Positions 24,938-30,134 of a stretch of 30,134 nucleotides of DNA are shown here, piece by piece; position 1 is the first letter of the stretch, and every line of letters starts with the position of its first letter. The notes beneath the pieces are model-generated. The model saw nothing but the letters and a program-made list of their open reading frames with translations. It was not told where the DNA came from and made no database searches. The position numbers and the translations under genes are program-made. This stretch comes from a virus (lineage: Duplodnaviria; Caudoviricetes): IMG/VR virus record IMGVR_UViG_3300049135_000118, positions 1-30,134 of that record; one strand, given 5' to 3'.

Positions 24938-26251
24938 TCAGGTGAGTAGGCCGAGGGCTCGGCGGATCTTGTGGGCCTCGGAGTGGAGGATGTAGCGGCC
25001 GGCGTCCATGTAGTGGTCGCCGACTTTGAGGGGCTTGTCCTCGCCGCGCTCCGTGGCCTTGGGGTCCCACGAGTAGCCCGCGGCCTCATCGATCCATCCG
25101 GTACAGGAGTCGTGGACGCGGAACCGGTCGGTCGCGATCAGGGACGACACGGTCTGGATGCCGGCGAGGACGTCGTTGTCGGCGTTCGCGATGTTCAGGA
25201 CCTGCTCGGGGTGGTCCCGGTTCTCGTAGTACAACTGGGTGCCGAAATCGGAGGCCGGGTCGACATAGATCCATGGGGCGGGGATGCCCTTGCCGGGCTG
25301 GCCGGGGATCTGCGTGTCCTTGAGCCAGGCGCGGACGGCCTTCGAGTACTCGGCGGGCGCCATCTGGCGGCCCGCCTTCGCCGAGGAGTAGCCGTACTCG
25401 CTGGTGAGGTAGACGCGGCGGATGCCGTCGGGCCCGGTGCCGATGCCCGCGGCGAGCGCCGCGAACGGATTCGTCGAGCCGTAGTCGAGGCCAACGCCGA
25501 GCCATCTGTCGATGTGCGGGAGTGTCGACACGACGTGCCGGCCCGGGTCCCAGGATTCGTAGACGGTGCCCTCAGCCAGGACCCACTCGCCGAGCACGTA
25601 CCGGCGGTAGAAGAGGCCCGTGAATTCCTTGGTGAGGTCCGCGATGTACTCGGGCGTCAGGGACGGGTTGTCGGAGAGTTGGAACGTGAACCGGTGCAGG
25701 TTGATCGCGTCGGCGGTCTCGTTGCGGATCAGGTTGCCGTCGCGGTCGAGGTGGAGGGACGCCCGCTTGAGGAGGTCCATCAGCCAGTGGTTCGGGCTGG
25801 CCGGGTTGGTCGTGCCCACGAACTCGGCGTTGGGGACGCTGAGGCGGGTCATGAGCATCTTGTAGAACGAGGCCGGCCACGTGGTGACCTCGTCGCCGTA
25901 GGCGCTGCCGAGGGTGAGGCCTTGGATCTTCGCGGCTGAGGACTCGTCGTGCGCGCCTGCGATGTAGATCGTGCGGCCGAGGAGCTCGAGCTCGCCAGCG
26001 CCGGACTTGAGCTTGCAGCGGGAAGCGCCCACCATGTCGGTGAGCGGGTCGATCACGTTCCTTTTCAAGGTCCTCTCGGACTTGCCCACCATGATCATCG
26101 GCGCGGTCGGCCCGGTCCGCACACGTTTCAGCCAGTGCACCATGGTCGACACGGTCTTCGACGAGCGAACGGCGCCTTCGTAGATGTTCGCGCGCGCCGT
26201 GGTCAGCTCGACCGCTCGGCGCTGCTTCCCGACGAGCGGCTGGTAGATCAC
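24938..26251 (-). CDS. terL: Terminase large subunit (PBSX family)
   Basis: EGAVRSSKT Walker A, AYGDEV Walker B, GTTNP, DNPSL, GLDYGSTNP nuclease and DHYMDAGRY; GTGA-coupled to terS. Confidence 0.95.
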   Translation of the reverse strand: MIYQPLVGKQRRAVELTTARANIYEGAVRSSKTVSTMVHWLKRVRTGPTAPMIMVGKSERTLKRNVIDPLTDMVGASRCKLKSGAGELELLGRTIYIAGAHDESSAAKIQGLTLGSAYGDEVTTWPASFYKMLMTRLSVPNAEFVGTTNPASPNHWLMDLLKRASLHLDRDGNLIRNETADAINLHRFTFQLSDNPSLTPEYIADLTKEFTGLFYRRYVLGEWVLAEGTVYESWDPGRHVVSTLPHIDRWLGVGLDYGSTNPFAALAAGIGTGPDGIRRVYLTSEYGYSSAKAGRQMAPAEYSKAVRAWLKDTQIPGQPGKGIPAPWIYVDPASDFGTQLYYENRDHPEQVLNIANADNDVLAGIQTVSSLIATDRFRVHDSCTGWIDEAAGYSWDPKATERGEDKPLKVGDHYMDAGRYILHSEAHKIRRALGLLT

Positions 26252-26679
26252 GGCGGCGTGTCGCCTTCGCCCATCATGTGGCGGATCCAGTCGTCGACGG
26301 CGGAGAGTCCTTGCGCGTCGGAGTCGACACGGTTCAGGGCGACGTGCTTGTCGGTGGCGACACCGAACAGGGTGATCAGGTCGCGGTCGCTCATCTTCGC
26401 GATGCGCTCGCGGAGGGTGGCGAGCGCTGCGGTCGCCCCGTCGAGGGCATTGGAGGCCAGCGCGGCGCGGCGGGCCTTGGCGTCGATGACGGCGGCCTCG
26501 GTCGCTTTTTGGGTGTTCTCCCGGGAGAACGCCTGCTCGATCCCGGCGTCCTTCGCGATCTGGGAGACCGAAGTGGTGGAGACACCGTGTTCGCGGGCGA
26601 TCGCGTTGCGGGAGAGCTGGCCGGCTTCGATGTCGGCGAGGATCGCGGCGCGGGCCTCGTCGGGGATGCGGGAAGGCAC
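26248..26679 (-). CDS. terS: Terminase small subunit (HTH)
   Basis: LSRNAIAREHGVSTTSVSQIAK HTH, GGAGGTG SD, directly upstream of terL. Confidence 0.8.
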   Translation of the reverse strand: MPSRIPDEARAAILADIEAGQLSRNAIAREHGVSTTSVSQIAKDAGIEQAFSRENTQKATEAAVIDAKARRAALASNALDGATAALATLRERIAKMSDRDLITLFGVATDKHVALNRVDSDAQGLSAVDDWIRHMMGEGDTPP

Positions 26680-26755
26680 GAGGAGCACCTCCCCGCGTGG
26701 GACCCCTGGACACAACGAAGGCCCGTGAACACACTTCACGAGCCTGACGTTGACA

Positions 26756-26784
26756 ACACTGACACACGATCTATCCGGTGTCAA
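26756..26784 (-). promoter_or_regulatory. Candidate late promoter
   Basis: TTGACA-N17-CAGTGT upstream of terS, overlapped by the inverted repeat TGACAC-N12-GTGTCA. Confidence 0.55.
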
Positions 26785-26813
26785 GACCTGCGGCGTGGAT
26801 CACGCTCCTTCAG

Positions 26814-27047
26814 TCACGCGTCGAACGCTGCGGGGCTGCCCGAGTTGATGAGCCGATCCAGCTCGTCGCCTTCAATGAGTGTGCTGCCGTCCGGGTTGGT
26901 GATCCGGTCGGCGGAGAGGCTGAAGTTTTCCTCGCCCCACATCAGGGCCGAGAACGCCTCCGCAGGGGAGTCGCACTCTTGAGCTTCGGGGGCGTGCCAG
27001 CGGTGGTAGTGAGCGGTCCAGCGCTGGTCCTCGTTGGCATCGCTCAT
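26814..27047 (-). CDS. Hypothetical protein (77 aa)
   Basis: ATGA-coupled to the upstream regulator; starts MSDANEDQRWTAHY. Confidence 0.65.
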   Translation of the reverse strand: MSDANEDQRWTAHYHRWHAPEAQECDSPAEAFSALMWGEENFSLSADRITNPDGSTLIEGDELDRLINSGSPAAFDA

Positions 27048-28012
27048 GCTGCCTGGGCCTCCTTCTCTGCCGCGCGGGCCGTCTTCAGTATGTCTCGCTG
27101 GATGGACTGCTGGTGTAGCGACTTCACGTCGCCAAGCCGGTAGAGCGGCTGTCTCGTGGCCGGGTCGGTGCCGCGCCGCTGGAGCTTCGCGGGCTGCTTC
27201 CCGCGTGCTCGTCCCCATTGGTGGATCGTGTCGACCGGAAGCGGCTTGCCCATCCAGTCCGTGAGGACGCGGGCGATGACGGGCGCGGTCGCCTGTAGGG
27301 CATTGACGCGGCGGAGCAGCTGCTCGATGCGGGCGGCCACGGAGTAGGGCTGTCCGCAGCCGCGGCAGGTGATCACGGCGACGTCTTTGCGGGCGCGCAG
27401 CTCGGAGGCGCACACGCTCCCGTCGGGGCGGAGCCCGTCGCACTTCCCGAGCGCGATCAACTTCGGGGGTGCGTCGCACACGGTTTCGATGTCGCCCCGG
27501 ATCTTCGCCAGGTCAGAGAGGGCGACGACGGCGTACTCCTGGTGGCGGATCCACTCGATGCGGTCGAGGAGGAACTGGGCGAGGCGGTCGAGGTTGACGG
27601 GGAGGACGCCCTGGACGATGCGGCGGCACGAGGAGTGCGTGCACCAGGTCGACTGTGGGGTGCGCTGGCAGAGGGGGCCGATCGGGGGGGCGATGTCGGG
27701 CCACACCTCTTCGGGGGTGGTGCCGCGGCCGTCGAGGACGATCCGGGTCCACGTGGTGATGGTGTTCCGGGTGCGGGCCTCGACGTGGCCGGCGCGGAGG
27801 TTCACCGGGAGGGGCGTCTCGTCGGTGGCGCGGCGGCCGCCGGATCCGGAGCCGTACCGGACTTGGCGGGTCGTGGTGGTCTCGAGCTCGTCGAGCAGGT
27901 GCCGGGCGAGGACGTAGGCGAGGCTGTCGCGTGTGCTTGCGGCGCAGCGGGGGCAGACGGCGGCGCCGTCGGCGAGGGGCCGGGTGCAGATCTGGCAGAG
28001 GGTTTCGCTCAC
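27044..28012 (-). CDS. Zn-finger plus C-terminal HTH protein, putative late-gene regulator
   Basis: CQIC...CPRC, LGKC...VC...CRGCG and TIHQWGRARG...LYRLGDV motifs; GGAGG SD before GTG 28012; just upstream of the packaging genes. Confidence 0.75.
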   Translation of the reverse strand: MSETLCQICTRPLADGAAVCPRCAASTRDSLAYVLARHLLDELETTTTRQVRYGSGSGGRRATDETPLPVNLRAGHVEARTRNTITTWTRIVLDGRGTTPEEVWPDIAPPIGPLCQRTPQSTWCTHSSCRRIVQGVLPVNLDRLAQFLLDRIEWIRHQEYAVVALSDLAKIRGDIETVCDAPPKLIALGKCDGLRPDGSVCASELRARKDVAVITCRGCGQPYSVAARIEQLLRRVNALQATAPVIARVLTDWMGKPLPVDTIHQWGRARGKQPAKLQRRGTDPATRQPLYRLGDVKSLHQQSIQRDILKTARAAEKEAQAA

Positions 28013-28079
28013 GGTGTCCTCCAGGGTGTTCGGGTGTTGAGGTGGCGGGCGGCGCTGGTGCGTGTCAGCGCCACGGGGC

Positions 28080-28439
28080 CTATCGGCGCTTGAGATCGGT
28101 TCGTGCCTGCGCGATGATCGCGTCGGTGTCGAGGCCGAGCTCACGGCCCCGGGCGACGGAGCGCGCCAGGCTGTCGTCCAGGCCGTGCACGACGTCGTAG
28201 TGGATGTGGTTCGCCGTGAGGTCCTGCGCGATGCACCGGTCCCCGTAGGTCAGGTGCTCGCCTCGCGCCCACCCGCAGATGGTGTCCTCGCCGGGCTCCA
28301 TGCCGTGGTTCATGGTCAGCAGGAGCCCGTTGGGTTCGGTGGTGCCGCAGCGGGGGCAGGTGGCGGGTTGCCGTGAGATCCGGTCGCGCTCCTGCTGTGC
28401 GTCGTACTCGCCGAACAGGTCGGGCTGGACGGTTCTCAT
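28080..28439 (-). CDS. Hypothetical protein with Cys/His motifs
   Basis: ATGA-coupled, 119 aa, MRTVQPDLFGEYD...CPRCG. Confidence 0.7.
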   Translation of the reverse strand: MRTVQPDLFGEYDAQQERDRISRQPATCPRCGTTEPNGLLLTMNHGMEPGEDTICGWARGEHLTYGDRCIAQDLTANHIHYDVVHGLDDSLARSVARGRELGLDTDAIIAQARTDLKRR

Positions 28440-29455
28440 CGCTCGGTGCCTTCCCGCGAAGGGACGTAGTCGTATCGGGTGCGCATGGCCGTGATGTCGT
28501 TGCGGACCTGTTCGAGGGCTTGGAGGACCCATGCTGAGCTGGCGGGGTTGACCGTGCCGATGGAGACGGCGGAGCCGTGGATGGTGCCGCGGCGGTAGCC
28601 GGGCTTGGTGGGAATGCCACCGCCGGGCGCGTCCCATTCGACATCCCAACCGTCGAAACGGGAGCGGGTGCGCCTGCGTCCTCGGGAGCGGCGGCGCAGC
28701 TGGAGCTTGAGGTCGTAGCGGTCGCCGTGGGGCAGGCCGAGCGTGGCGGTCACGGGTTCGCCGATGTCCTCGTACTCGTACCGCTTGGGGCCCAGCACGA
28801 CGTCGAGGAGCCGGTATCGGATCGATCCGTCCCGCCAGCGCGGGAGGTGGCGGGCGTCGCCGTTGCGGCCAGCCCAGAGCTTCCAGGAGAGGCGGCCGTA
28901 GTCGGCGGAGAGGTCGAAGATCTTGGACTCGTAGCCGGTGGGGTTCAGGCGGCGCTGGATGCCGCGGCCGAGGTCGCCGGTGGACCAGTAGATGCCGAAG
29001 AGTCGGCCGAGGTGGAGGTGGCCGCCGAGCGCGTTCTCGGAGCCACAGTTGCCGATTTTGAGCTGGGCGCCGAAGCCGCTGTAGTGGCCGCCGAGGACGA
29101 GCTGGCAGTGGAACTCGAAGGTGGACTTCGGCCAGGCGCCGGGCCAGCGCTGGACGACGTGGCCGGCGGAGAACCCGCCGTCGAAGGTGCCGGTGTACGG
29201 CTCGCCGAGGTTCCAGTGAGCGGGGTCGAGGGTGCCTTGGGGTTCGGGTCGTTCGCCGCAGCGGTCGCAGGCGATCCAGCGGTGCGAGTCGCTGGCGACG
29301 CGCGAGTCGTAGCCGTCGACGACGGGCTTGTGCCCGAACCAGCGGCAGCGGAGGATCGGGCGCGGGATGTCGTGGATCCAGTATCCGCGGTTGAGCAGTC
29401 CGCCCCGCTTCCGTTTGTGGTCGCGCTCAAGGTAGTTGGTCGTGAATGTGCGCAT
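28436..29455 (-). CDS. Hypothetical protein (339 aa)
   Basis: CRWFGHK...CDRCG motif, Trp/Gly-rich, GAAAGG SD-like sequence upstream. Confidence 0.75.
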   Translation of the reverse strand: MRTFTTNYLERDHKRKRGGLLNRGYWIHDIPRPILRCRWFGHKPVVDGYDSRVASDSHRWIACDRCGERPEPQGTLDPAHWNLGEPYTGTFDGGFSAGHVVQRWPGAWPKSTFEFHCQLVLGGHYSGFGAQLKIGNCGSENALGGHLHLGRLFGIYWSTGDLGRGIQRRLNPTGYESKIFDLSADYGRLSWKLWAGRNGDARHLPRWRDGSIRYRLLDVVLGPKRYEYEDIGEPVTATLGLPHGDRYDLKLQLRRRSRGRRRTRSRFDGWDVEWDAPGGGIPTKPGYRRGTIHGSAVSIGTVNPASSAWVLQALEQVRNDITAMRTRYDYVPSREGTER

Positions 29456-29515
29456 CAGAGCTTGGGCCTTTCCGGGTCGAGGGCGACCCCGCTTCCGGCG
29501 GGGCCGCCGGTCGGT

Positions 29516-30052
29516 TCACTGGATGCGGTGGTGGGCGAGGTCGGCCACGAGGTTGCGGGCGCGGTCGTCCGGGAGGTTCAGGGGGCCGCGGAGGTAGCGG
29601 TGGTATTCGGTGTCGAGGAGGACGTTCGCGGCGGCGTGCTGGACGGCGGCGGCGTGCTTGCGGGCGTCCTCCGCGGGGACTTGGATGTGGGCGAAGGGTT
29701 TGCCTTCCAGGTCGAAGCGCACATGCGGGCGACGGCCGGTCGCGCTGATGACCGGGATGGCGTGGATTGTCTTGGCGAGGTCGAGGCCGTCCCAGGCCTT
29801 GCCGAGGATTTCGCCGACGGTGGGCAGGGCCTTGTCGTCGGCGATGCCGAGAGTGGACAGCTGGGCGAGAACTGCAGCGCCGTATTCGGCGCTGGAGGCG
29901 ACTCGGTACAGCTTGATCACGTAGGTGAGGGCCTGGAGGGGGTTCAGGGCGATGGAGTGGTCGGGGCCGTAGTGGACGCCGACGGCGTACGTGCCGTCGG
30001 GCATGACGTCAACGGCGACGGTGGTCGCGTTCTCGTTCAGCGGTGCGGTCAT
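29516..30052 (-). CDS. Hypothetical protein (178 aa)
   Basis: GAAAGG SD and the same strand as its neighbours. Confidence 0.75.
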   Translation of the reverse strand: MTAPLNENATTVAVDVMPDGTYAVGVHYGPDHSIALNPLQALTYVIKLYRVASSAEYGAAVLAQLSTLGIADDKALPTVGEILGKAWDGLDLAKTIHAIPVISATGRRPHVRFDLEGKPFAHIQVPAEDARKHAAAVQHAAANVLLDTEYHRYLRGPLNLPDDRARNLVADLAHHRIQ

Positions 30053-30134
30053 GTCGTGCCTTTCAGGTGGGGCGGCCCCGCGGGGTGCGGGGCCGCCCTG
30101 GGGGCTAGCGGAAGTTCCCGCCGCGGCGGCGGAG

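Larger units (their letters stand above)
1..30134. mobile_element. Temperate siphovirus genome segment (actinophage-like), apparently excised/unintegrated form; both ends lie outside the window
   Basis: Complete head-neck-tail-lysis module, serine integrase, repressor/Cro switch, no recognisable host housekeeping gene, and phage genes on both sides of int/attP. Confidence 0.95.

Overview
The whole window is one continuous stretch of a temperate siphovirus genome from a high-GC host, probably an actinomycete. Almost every gene is on the minus strand. Read on that strand, the order is: middle genes, Zn-finger/HTH late regulator, terS, terL (PBSX-type), portal, minor capsid, scaffold, major capsid, neck genes, major tail, tail chaperones with a GGGGGAA -1 frameshift, tape measure, Dit, minor tail/Tal genes, amidase endolysin and holin. 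An accessory block follows (RHH gene, XRE-HTH plus HD phosphohydrolase pair, small ORFs). After it come a candidate intact 52-bp attP, a large serine integrase, a repressor/Cro switch with five 18-bp operators, and a tRNA-Met(CAT)-like gene with an abnormal anticodon arm. Phage genes flank the integrase and attP on both sides, so this looks like the excised or virion form rather than an integrated prophage. The best leads are the att-adjacent XRE-HD cassette, the non-canonical tRNA, the attP overlapping the int promoter, a beta-propeller fused to Tal, and an antisense lipoprotein moron in the head module. All protein calls come from motif recognition and synteny by eye; no database search was run.
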